Assembly (NCBI GenBank): GCA_017499595.2
Contig: CM039004.1
Coordinates: 62,001-126,000, forward strand
Source: Psilocybe cubensis
Lineage: Eukaryota
DNA: 64,000 bases
Direction of reading: 5' to 3'
Both the position numbers and the translations under genes were made by a program. Below the pieces are notes generated by a model. The model was not told the origin of the DNA. It worked only from the letters and a program-made list of their open reading frames with translations, and searched no databases. Of this stretch, positions 47,096-58,631 are shown one piece after another (the first letter of the stretch is position 1; each line of letters opens with the position of its first letter).

Positions 47096-49849
47096 CCTAC
47101 CATCTTTTTGATAAAACAATAGCAAGTGTTAGCACACTCTTTTTATAACTGTTGATGGTTTTATCACAAAGCAAAATAATGAGAAGACTGGTCTATTTCT
47201 CATAAGTTTACTTCGCTTTTTCAAAGCCTTTTTCATTAGATAATACCCTTCTTTCTCATTATCTTTAGGGCGCTTTTTCATTACCTTTTGATTAGATACT
47301 AGCCTGGTTATTTGATAAGATTGTTCTACATCAATATATCTTATCTTTGCTTGGTCATTTCTGATGCCATGCCATCAAATCAGGAACACTGTGGGTACTT
47401 CTAGGCCATGTCTATCAATCCATCAAAGCTATTATTAAATAAACTTTTCTCTCCTCGGCCCCTTGGTCTATAAATAGTGCTCATCCTATGCTACTTTTGT
47501 GCATTGCTGGCAATGCATTGGGCGCTTTTGGGGGCATTTCTGGACCGTTTCCCTTGGTATTTTTTGGTATACCTATAGTTTTAAGGTGTCCCAATTTGAA
47601 TCTGAAATCAGAATTGCAATATCTTTACTCATTATTGTGCAATTAAGCGTACGATGTTTTGATCAAAAAGCGCACCTTGAATAGCACCATCCAGGGGCTG
47701 GTATGCACCATTTTGACTATGCAATTATTTTTTATTTATAATAGACGGAGTACATGCCAAGTTTCAGATCAATTGGAGCAGTGGAACCTATTGAACTAGC
47801 ATATGCATCCTACCTCTCCTCCTACCCCTTGTATGAATACCTTCCTGATCAGATAAATTCAAGCCTAACTGGGATAAAATAGGAGCTTATTATACCAATT
47901 TTTAGAGCCCAAAATCTTGGTGTAATTCTAAGATTTAAGGGTACTACCCCCCATCCTCTCCAGAATTTGTATATTTTATTATGGGGTAGAATGGCCATTC
48001 CCAGCACATATAGGTATTTAAATCTGCTCTATATAGTACCACAAACGCAATACATATGTTTGAAACATTCTGGATGAAGTAGAACACCTTGGTTATGAGG
48101 CTAATAAGAAGGTATTAGATGTGCAATATAATATGACCATATCACCGCTTATACTTCACCAAAATGCACATATCTTACATTCCCAGATAGCTACCAAAGT
48201 CCTCTACATATTATATTAATGGTGCCAAATAGCCAGAACGCTTAACAAGATGGTACAAGAAGAATAAGCATTATTGTTCAAAAATGGAGGAAAAGCGAAA
48301 TATGATGTGGAAGACAACACTTATAAAATACATAAACTATACGGCTGTGTAGCCCTAAATGACACCTATCTGTGGTATATAGACTCATGGAAATCCGATG
48401 AGTATGAGCTGAGATATGTCAAAATGTATCTCGGAGAAAGGCCAAAGAGGTGACCACAAACAAAGCATAAATAAAGGCCAATATCCATCCGGGTCTCTGA
48501 TGGGTTCTTCAACACCTTTCTTTCCATATCTCAACACCCACTGGTCCGATGCACAACATCCTTAATGTTCTGGAAAGCTACATTTTGGGGCTATACTATC
48601 CTGCTTTTATATTTCCTGATCTTGAATGTTTATATATGGTAAATGCGAAAATACTGTGCATTTTGATGAAGATTGGTATTCTCTCTGCAGTGTCTCATCT
48701 AATGGATGGATCTTTTTGAACCTTGAGAATAATATTTAGTAGGGACCTGTAGGTATTTGTAGACGTCAAGAATATGATTTATGACAATGTATTTGTAGAG
48801 ATATGGCCTGATCAATAACCTACCATACCTATCCTCATACCCCCCCTTAAATCAGTATGTTCCCTTGTTGAAGAGGGCTTTCAAGGGTAAATTTTGGACT
48901 CTATGTACTGTTAGTAGTGGATCTACATGTCTTTCAATGGTCTGAGAGCCCATCCTATCCCATAATAAAATACACAAGTTCTGGAGGGAGTAGGGGGTAG
49001 TACCCTTAAATCTTAAAGTTTCACCAATTTTTTAGGCTTTAAAAATTGGTATAATAAGCGCCTACTTTATTCCAGTTGGGCTTGAATTTATCTGATCAGG
49101 AAGGTATTCATACAAGGGGTAGGAGGAGAGGTAGGATGCATATGCTAGTTCAATAGGTTCCACTGCTCCAATTGATCTGAAACTTGGCATGTACTCTGTC
49201 TATTATAAATAAAAAATAATTGCATAGTCAAAATGGTGCATACCAGCCCCTGGATGGTGCTATTCAAGGTGCGCTTTTTGATCAAAACATCGTACGCTTA
49301 ATTGCACAATAATGAGTAAAGATATTGCAATTCTGATTTCAGATTCAAATTGGGACACCTTAAAACTATAGGTCTACCAAAAAATACCAAGGGAAACGGT
49401 CCAGAAATGCCCCCAAAAGCGCCCAATGCATTGCCAGCAATGCACAAAAGTAGCATAGGATGAGCACTATTTATAGACCAAGGGGCCGAGGAGAGAAAAG
49501 TTTATTTAATAATAGCTTTGATGGATTGATAGACATGGCCTAGAAGTACCCACAGTGTTCCTGATTTGATGGCATGGCATCAGAAATGACCAAGCAAAGA
49601 TAAGATATATTGATGTAGAACAATCTTATCAAATAACCAGGCTAGTATCTAATCAAAAGGTAATGAAAAAGCGCCCTAAAGATAATGAGAAAGAAGGGTA
49701 TTATCTAATGAAAAAGGCTTTGAAAAAGCGAAGTAAACTTATGAGAAATAGACCAGTCTTCTCATTATTTTGCTTTGTGATAAAACCATCAACAGTTATA
49801 AAAAGAGTGTGCTAACACTTGCTATTGTTTTATCATAAAAAGTGGTAGG
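47096..49849. repeat. Long inverted repeat: arms ~47096-47993 and ~48950-49849, spacer ~950 bp, AT-rich
   Basis: Arms are reverse complements with very few mismatches over ~47110-47867 and are more diverged at both edges. No TSD or ORF seen. Confidence 0.92.
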
Positions 49850-50328
49850 GACTAGTGCGTGTCCACCATCGTCTTCTGTTTCCCTCCTGCGTCGCTTCGC
49901 TGGTTCAGATGGATCTGGAATCAAACGGTTAGTACATGTAACCGCTATAAAACACCCTACTGACCTTCCATCCCCGTTTTTTGTTGGAAAATGCTTGGAA
50001 GTTTGGTGTCTGGGTGAGGGAAGGGAACAGGATAGGCCCACAAACAACGCTGGGGGTGGAAGGGGTTTATATCTGAGAACGACGCCCTACGCTCTGCGAT
50101 GGAAGGCGAGAATATTTGCCCTCCAGAAGACGTATAGGGGTGTAAAGAAGAGATCGATAGTTAATTGACTGTCGTTCCGATAAGAGGAAAGGGCTGAATT
50201 AATCAGACGCCTGAGTGCACGACAGTCCGAAGGCGTCCCAATCAAAAATCGCCCCCGACACAATAGACGGCGGCAAGGCGTTGTGCGCAAGCATATTGGG
50301 AGGCCAGGTCGTGTGTAACGCGCACAAA

Positions 50329-50952
50329 CCAGAGAGCTCTGGTTGCACAATAACGCAACAGCCCACGACCAGAGATCTCTGGAGGCAGGTATATCGATAC
50401 GCGATCACAGAATCAGGGTAGGAGGTCGAGTGGAACACTTATACCAGGCCGACGGAATCCTTGGACGAAGTGGAGTCAAACCAAAGAGCTTTGGTTTGTA
50501 GCGTTGGGGGGAACCACGACCAGAGAGCTCTGGAGGCGGATGGATATGTGGGGGTGCATTGACAGGAGCAAGCTCTTGAAGATCGAAGCGCCGTGAGGTG
50601 TGGTGCGACACGGAGAAGGATGGACAAGGCAGTACCAAAGAGCTTTGGTACTGACGGCCCACGATCCACAACCAAAGAGCTTTGGAGGTGGACAGAACCC
50701 GCTATCTCTTGAAGATTGAAGTGCCGTGAGGGGGGGTGCGACATGGAGGAGGATGGACTAACCAGTACCAAAGAGCTTTGGTACTGACGGCCCACGATCC
50801 ACGACCAAAGAGCTTTGGAGGTGGACAGAACCCGCTATCTCTTGAAGATCGAAGTGCCGTGAGGGGGGGTGCGACACGGAGGAGGATGGACTAACCAGTA
50901 CCAAAGAGCTTTGGTACTGTTTGCCCACGATCCACGACCAAAGAGCTTTGGA
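50329..50952. repeat. Array of ten quasi-palindromes CCA(A/G)AGAGCT(T/C)TGG, partly within ~133-bp tandem units
   Basis: Copies at ~50329, 50369, 50481, 50520, 50635, 50672, 50768, 50805, 50901 and 50938. Confidence 0.85.
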
Positions 50953-51093
50953 GGTGGATGGAGAACAGGAACACTCTGGGGTTGCGATCAACAGGGCCCG
51001 CGAGCGGTCACGTGATTAATTGAAACTCCGCTCTGGGCGTTTTTTCAACCTTCCAATGCTAAGTCCACTTCCTTCTTTAGCACGCACGCACAC

Positions 51094-51610
51094 TACAGAA
51101 GCTCTTCTGTAGCACGCCGCGTCTGCCATCCCAGAAAGGTTACAGAAGCTCTTCTGTAGCCACTCTGGTTCTTCCCTGCCCCGACGTTTGACACTTCATG
51201 TCAGCCGTCCGAGATTCGTTACAGAAGCTCTTCTGTAGCCAGCCTCGTTCTTCCCTCCACCCCCATTTTTGACTTCACGTCTGTCATCCGAGATAGGCTA
51301 CAGAAGCTCTTCTGTAGCCGCCCTCACTCTTTCCTCCGCCCTTGTTTCCAAACGCATCCACCAACACCCACGGCCCCGACCTCTGAGAACTACAGAAGAT
51401 CTTCTGTAGCGATCTGAGGGCACTGCAGAAGCTCTTCTGCAGGCATCTGGATCCATCCCGATCATCCCAACTGTTCTGCTTGTAGCCACCCTCGCTCTCT
51501 CCTCCGCCCTTGTTGCCAGACGCGTCCACCAACACCAACACCCCCGACCTCTGAAAACTACAGAAGATCTTCTGTAGCGATCTGAGGCGACTGCAGAAGC
51601 TCTTCTGCAG
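51094..51610. repeat. Array of eight quasi-palindromes CT(A/G)CAGAAG(C/A)TCTTCTG(T/C)AG
   Basis: Copies at ~51094, 51141, 51220, 51298, 51389, 51423, 51558 and 51591. Confidence 0.85.
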
Positions 51611-51739
51611 CCATCTAAGGCCATCGCCATCGTCCCGATCCTTCTTCTCTGCGCCCACAACACATACCTGAAGCGCCGTTCCTCACCGTAAGTGTTCGCG
51701 TTCGTTGCCCACATATGCTTGTTACTTACTCTGCTGCAG

Positions 51740-54700
51740 ATGTCCCAGCAAACCCACGTCGATTGGGCCCAAGGGTCCGCGTTTGTCCAGAAGGGCACCA
51801 TATACGTGTCCCCCAACTGCAAGCGTGTCGTCATCATCCCACCCGCTGAAGTCGACGTCACCAACCCCTTCGAACAAAAGACAACACCAGCAGCACCTCG
51901 GCGACGAGACCTGGATTTAGAGGCCCTCAAGCAGCCAGTGCGCTGGCACGATCAGTACGGATGGATCGCCTTCATACCCTTGGCGCCATCCTTCGTGTCC
52001 TTGCCGTTTAATTTTTTGTGCTGGTCTCCAAAGATTTTGCGCAATAAACCGCACAAGTCTCTGGCCACGTATGAAATGGAGTGGCACAGTGTGAAAGAAT
52101 GGCGCCAATTGGATGAAAACATCACCCTTCTGTGCGAAAAGATCCGCTTATGGTGTCGCGTTCCTGGAACCCCACCTCCTAGCCCCAAAAGCTTCGGTTA
52201 CGATCTCAGGTATAGCTCTGAAGCAGACGCGCAAAGGAGCTTTGAGGCCACCCGAAACGCATTTATCCTGTGGATGGGCTACCTGTCGTATCTCGTCGCC
52301 CAAAGTCGTCGCGAGATCTATTCAAAGCACATCAAGCACGATCCCAAAAGCCCCGTCCCTGCATGGCATGAACGCCTCCGCGCTAAGCATCCTGACATCT
52401 CAGAAGTATGGCTGGATGGCTTGTATCATTCCAACGCGTTTTTGTTTAACGCCAGGACCCCTTGTGTCGGCATGGTCTACAAGTTGAGCAGCACCCACGC
52501 GACACGCCCTCCCATCGAATGGCTTCTGGAACACCATGTTCCAGTGTATTATCCGTGGCGGATGCGGGAAGAGGAGATCTTCCTCACTCATAAAATACTC
52601 AATCTTGAACTTCGCCCCCCCCCCCCGCGCGACTTGTTGGCGGCAACACTTACCGACCTATTCAAGTCGATGGACGTGTCTCTTGCAGCCGCCTTTGCGC
52701 GCAAATTTTTCAATAAATCTCATTCGACGGAGGGCCTCACGATGAAGTCGCTGGGAGATGAGTACTCCACTACTTTGGTGTATTCTATCCTCAGTAACGA
52801 TTTCGCCCACAACTCAGAGGCATTGGATCAGCACATGTCCCAGCCATATGAAGAATTGGAAAAAAAGCTCCAAAAGAGAGACGAGGAACAGCGTCAGCTC
52901 GCCATTGACAGCGCCAACCTGCCTACGCTGCGCATGATCGAACTGGCGAATGAAAACCACAAGTTGCTGACCTCTGTGCACAATGACTGGGACGCTTACT
53001 GGGCTGCAAGGGTGGAAGAACGACGACAGATTCTGGCCAAAGAGACGCCAGAAGCTAGACAGGCTCGGCTGAACCAAGAGAACAACCCATCGGTGGTACG
53101 TAGCAAAGTATTTGTCTGGAAAACGCTGGTGTCCACAGAGGGAGCCAGTGTTTACATGCGCGAACACATCGCAACGTCACAAAACAGCATTGAGGAGGCC
53201 AAACTTCGCCCACACCGCAAGGTCTACAACGGTGTGACAGACAAATGGGATCTCTGTCGAGATTTGGAACCACCAGCCGAGTTGGCAGGCGCATCCGCAA
53301 TGTTGGAGCAGCGCAATCAGGCACAGACAAGGCCTGCTAGAGGCCAGCATCGCCGCGGTAGAGGTGCACGTCCCGCAAAACAACCCAGGCAGCACCCAAA
53401 ACCAGCACCTGCCGAGGAAGAGTGGGAAGGCGAACCCTGGTACAATACCATTGAACCTGACCCCGATGCGCCGGTGGCCTCAACGTCGGCCCTTCCCCCC
53501 GCTTGTGATCCATCCCCGCCCCCTTTGCCTCCTGACATCCCGACACCCTCATCATCGCGAGACAGACCCCGCCGCGCACCCACGACACCCCCTCGCCCCA
53601 CGCTAGGACGGCGCCTGCGCAGTCGCTCGCCAACACCGCCAGAGGTTGCAATGCACTCTCGCCCACAAGCATGTCGTTCCCCAGAAAGCGAGTCGTGGGT
53701 CCAACAGAGCCCCCCTGCCGTCGTCGAAGATTTCGAGATGGAGGAACCAGGCCCATCTGTTGAGGATGAAAATGCGGATGTTGAGATGACCATGGACGCG
53801 CCTGCCACGGATGTTGTGCAACCCCAGCCCATTACACCCGACAACGATATGGTCAGATGCCTGCGCCAATCCTATGGATACCTCCCTGGCACAACGACGA
53901 CAGCCTGCGCCGCGTCAGACTGGGATGAACTTGTCAAAACCTTTGGGTTTACAGAGTTACTTACCCCAGAAGTTGCCCTGGATGCTCAACAACAGATCAA
54001 ACAGTTTTATCTGGCTTGCATTGAACCCACAAGCACAGAAATGCCGGCCGCCCTCTCTGACCTCAACACGCACAGCCTGACATCCCTGTCTCGTCTGCTG
54101 GACCTCTTGCAAATACACCGCCCTCACCAAGATCTTTTTGTTTTTTCAAAACCTCGTTCAGAGGAACACGAGTGGATGTTGGGTGTTGAAACAGCGGAGA
54201 TCGCCCTTTACGTGTGTCGGCTCAGGTTAGAGCACTCCTGGGCTCGCATCGACTCTCTGACAAAAATGCTGCTGGAGAGAGGTGTGCCCTGTCGCACTCT
54301 CATGGGCATTGAAATGTCGGGTCGCTGCTCCACTGTCCAGGAGCCGTACACCCCTCGATCTGTCCGCCCGTCAGCGTATAAATTTGGTGTTGATGACTTT
54401 GAAGCATACCGATTGCAGTGCGAGAACATCATCAAACACCAACACCACGGTCGGGCTGCCTTGCTGAGGGGTGGATTGGTTGGCAGGATAGCCAGTGAAT
54501 ATCTGAGCGTCGACGATGGCCTGGCTGGGCCCTCTAAGGAAATTATTCAGAACCGGCAGGGGTTCATCGTACCAGCTGGCGACACGACTTGGTGTTATTG
54601 CGACGACCAGCTCACGGAAAACGAGCTGTCCATTATATGCGGCACCTACACGCTGTACACAGGTATGTTTTCCTTGTTTATTCTCAATTTTATGCACTAA

Positions 54701-55020
54701 CAACATTTTTCTCAGCTACTAAAGGTCAAATAACAGTAAAATTGTGGTTCCCTCCCCCAAACCTGTGGCAGGTGCCCCCCAGCATGAGCGGATCACAATG
54801 GGTGGAATGGACGCCTGCCAACGAGGCATGGTACCGTGAACGCGTAGAAGACATCCGCACTCGCCAGGCCCAGCCATTGACAAGAGTGCAATGGAAATCA
54901 ATATTGCGCGGCACTCCTCCCAGTAGGAAGCTTCTGGCGGCAGCGTCTCAACAAGCTCAGGCCTTTGTCAACGGGCACGTACCGGTGGTGCCAACTTATC
55001 GAGTTCGCCCAGGGCTGTAG
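51740..55020 (+). CDS. Large hypothetical protein (~1075 aa; exons 51740-54662 and 54716-55020) carried by element X
   Basis: Long open frame with a GT-AG intron at 54663-54715 that is conserved in copy X2. C-terminal motifs RAALLRGG, DDQLTENELSIICGTY, WFP and EAWYRER resemble a repetitive agaricomycete family of unknown function. Confidence 0.8.
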
Positions 55021-55239
55021 TTACTTTGTTAATGTAAGTGTTTTTCCATGTAAGAATAGCCAATTCTAACAAAAATATGTAGATATATGCGTGTTTTTTT
55101 GTTCAAAATGTCATATAAATTTGTTTTTTGGCGTCTACACAACAGAGCTCCCGTGAGATATTTACAAATGGATGTACAGGTAAGATGAGTAGTCTAAAAT
55201 ATGCTGACAGAATTATACTACAGCAAGGCCAACGCGTGA

Positions 55240-56417
55240 CGCAACCAAAACAGCAAACCAGCAGCGACAGGAGGCAAGCGGAGGCGACGGCGGGGCGACA
55301 GGCGTCGAGTCGAGGCAGCGGCAGCAGCAGCGTGGGTGTAGCGGCGCAACAACATGCAGCAGAGTGCGTGTCGTTGTGGCAGCGAGTGGACGCGGAGGCG
55401 CGACGACAGGCGGCGGCGGGGCGACAGGCGGCGACGGCGGGGCGACAGGCGGCGACGGCGGGACGACAGGCGCTGATGACAGAATGACAAGCGCTGACGG
55501 CGGAATGACAGGCGGCAAGGGGAGGGCAGCAGCGGCAGCGGCGGCCCGGTGTTGCGGCGCAACAACACGCAGCAGAGTGCGTGTCATGGTGGGCGGCGAG
55601 TAGACGCGACGGCGGGACGACACGCGGTGACGGCGGGACAACAGGCGGCGATGGCAGGATGACAGGCGGCGACAGCGGGTTGTGGGCGGCAAGTGGACGC
55701 GAAGGCGCGACGATAGGCGGCAACGGCGGGACGACACGCGTTGACAGTGGAACGACAGGCGGCGAGAGGAGGCGGTAGCGGCAGCGGCCGCCCGGTGTTG
55801 CGGCGCAACAACACGCAGCAGAGTGCGTGTCATGGCGGGCGGCGAGTAGACGCGACGGCGGGACGACACGCGGGTGACGGCGGGACGACAGGCGGCGATG
55901 GCAGGATGACACGCGGGGTGACGGGCTGAACGACATGCGTCGAGTGGGAGGCGGCGGCAACAGCAGCGGCCCGGAGGTGGCAGCGCAACAACATGCAGCG
56001 GCAAGCGCAGGCGTCGGGCAGACGGCGAGTGCAAGCATTGGGACGGCGAGCGCTGGCGTTGGGACGGCGAGCGCAAGCTTTGGGACGGCGAGCGCTGGCA
56101 TCGGGAGACAGGCGGGAGGCCGGCCTCCAGTGCCTGTCAAAAATTTATTTTTAGACGGAGGCCGGCCTCCAGTGCCTGTCAAAAGTTATTTTTAGACGGA
56201 GGCCGGCCTCCAGTGGCCTCCATCAATTTGGAGGCCGGCCTCCGTAAATTACACATTTAATTATGTAGCACCTCCGTATGTACAAAATAAAATATTTTGA
56301 AAGTGTATTTGGGGGTTTTTGGGGTCCAGGAATCTGAATCTGCCATCAGATTTCAGGATTTCTGAACAGGAGTCCCAATGCAACAAAGGCCCCCCCTTCG
56401 GGGGGGAATAAGCCTAG
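55240..56417 (+). mobile_element. Element X terminal region, copy X4 (element extends left through the 51740-55020 gene, possibly to 45491)
   Basis: GC-rich repeats, four GGAGGCCGGCCTCC palindromes (56115, 56157, 56198, 56230), hairpin and AATAAGCCTAG ending at 56417. Confidence 0.82.
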
Positions 56418-56994
56418 GAGACTGGTGGTACATTGCGAAATGGTTAGAGGTGCGTAATCACTACTGCATCTGCATCTCGGACTCCTAATGATTCGTTTAG
56501 TCACCAGATTCCTGCTCAGTCCTCGCCTTCACCCACCGTCGGCTACCGCTCCGTCCCCATGAAACGATTCTGTAACATTCCACCTACTGAACGCAAGCAA
56601 TAAAACGAGTGTGAGGCGTCTAATCACGAAAAGGACAGGGAAAATACACCCTTAGTAAGTGTACTGTTGGATTTACCATGTCTTGTAACCTTCTCGTGCA
56701 TTGAAATGATTTCTCTCGAACTCTACCCTCAGTATCACTTCCACCCGCTGCCCATATTCCTGGTGTGCGCTTTAGCAATGAAAGGTTTTTGGTATGTCGC
56801 ATGGTGCTGTTGCAATTTAACATTAATATCTCCCCAGGGCCCAGAAACATTCACACTCCCGCATATAATCGCCCCACCTTGTCATTCAGATTCATTCAAA
56901 GTCCGGCCGTTTTGGTTCGACTCTATGAGCTTGAAAGCGCTTGGAGAGTACAGAAATAGTACACTGATTTCTCGCACATTACCCACAGGGATTA

Positions 56995-58189
56995 TGGCGT
57001 GTCAAGTGCACTTTTATTATCGAGCCGCGCCACTTTAGGTTAGACACTCATTTTACGTCAGATTTGGTGTCTAAGGGTCCATCAAAACGTGGGTCGATTT
57101 TTATCTTATCGAGCTCCTTTTCATGACAGAGCTTCTTATTTTTAATTACCGAGAGAGCCTTTTCGGTGAGCGAGCCTTTTTTTTGTCGAACGAGAGCTTT
57201 TTTCGATAGGCAGAGCCACATTAGGATCTGAATTCTTTCAGAGAGAGACTTTCAATGTTGATGACTTGTGAACTGCGGAGTGCTGCCAAAGTGAATTAAA
57301 AGTTATACATTACATTTCAATCCTTATACGAAAATGCACGTCATTCTAATTCTACTTTGCCAATAGCAAAGAGTATATAACTCTGTAAAGTACAATAATA
57401 CATACCTACCTGAGTTACTTGTGGCATAGCTAACTCATTTCGACTTCCCTCCATTTCTCGTCAATTAGATTCAAAACTGCTACTCTTATTGCCAAGTCAC
57501 GGTTTCTCCAAGGCTCCAGTACCTCGCTCTAACTTGTGGGCTTAACGGCTTGCTCTTACAGAGTATAGTGTCGATATATAGTTTGTTTTCCATTTGATCA
57601 CACTTGTGCATTAATATTTTCCTATTTATTCTCGTTTTAATCAGACCCTTCTATCATTAATCAACTTTCCGCATTTACCATTCTTACACACTAGTAATAA
57701 CAACTTTCTACCTTGTATAACATGTCATATATCCTTCATTTGTTGCCGCTTAGTTTTACCAACCAGCCCATGTCCGTAACTTATATCTACAAATATATTC
57801 GGTTAATTTGTAAACAGTTCTCTGATAGATGGCACAACATACATCTATTACTCTCCTATCAGGTTGATTTGTTCTTCCGACAGCCTTGACTTGTTCACAT
57901 TGTTGCTGCAATACATAAGTCATCAAAGTTGAAAGGCTCTCTCTGAAAGAATTTAGATACTGATGTGGCTCTGCCTATCAAAAAAAGCTCTCGTTCGACA
58001 AAAAAAAGGCTCGCTCACCGAAAAGGCTCTCTCGGTAATTAAAAATAAGAAGCTCTGTCATGAAAAGGAGCTCGATAAGATAAAAATCGACCCACGTTTT
58101 GATGGACCCTTAGACACCAAATCTGACGTAAAATGAGTGTCTAACCTAAAGTGGCGCGGCTCGATAATAAAAGTGCACTTGACACGCCA
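56995..58189. mobile_element. Non-autonomous TIR element (MITE-like), ~1.2 kb
   Basis: Inverted arms ~56995-57270 and ~57916-58189 (TGGCGTGTCAAGTGCAC...), flanked by TA on both sides. No ORF. Confidence 0.72.
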
Positions 58190-58631
58190 TATCCGATTGC
58201 TCATTGAAGAGCTTAAAAATAATGTGGAGTGCTCAGCAGGGTGGGATTCGAGTAGGTCAGAGTAGGTAGATTTGACGAGGGGTCTGTTCTCACTATTTGA
58301 TTCCAACAAATCAGTGATTTTCCTTTGCCTTATTTTCGTTTGTTTATTTCTTCCGAGTCTAGATCTACCTCTTCGTCGAACACTCCACCGACGCTACTAC
58401 ACCCCCCGAGCTCTCCACAACGCCTCTTTTTCTGTCCAAATTACCCCTACTGCCGCCAACTCTCATTGCCACGTTCCCATACTTCCAAACCTTTGATGTC
58501 TATGAGGTGGACAACTGTGAATGGATATGTATATGTTTTCTGGTCACTGGAGTATTGATCAGGATGAAATGGACAAAGGGAGCACGTCGGGAACTGGAGC
58601 ATTACCGCAGGTGTGGTGCATTCGACGAATT

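Noticed and set aside
50329-51610. CRISPR-like appearance of palindromic repeats with spacers
   Set aside because: Eukaryotic context, no cas genes, irregular spacing, and spacers are related to one another.
56385-56417. Canonical Helitron 3' end (hairpin plus CTAG)
   Set aside because: The base after the terminal TAG is G, G, C, G rather than T, the targets' left halves are missing, and no Rep/Hel gene or 5' TC end is seen. A non-canonical rolling-circle relative is not excluded.
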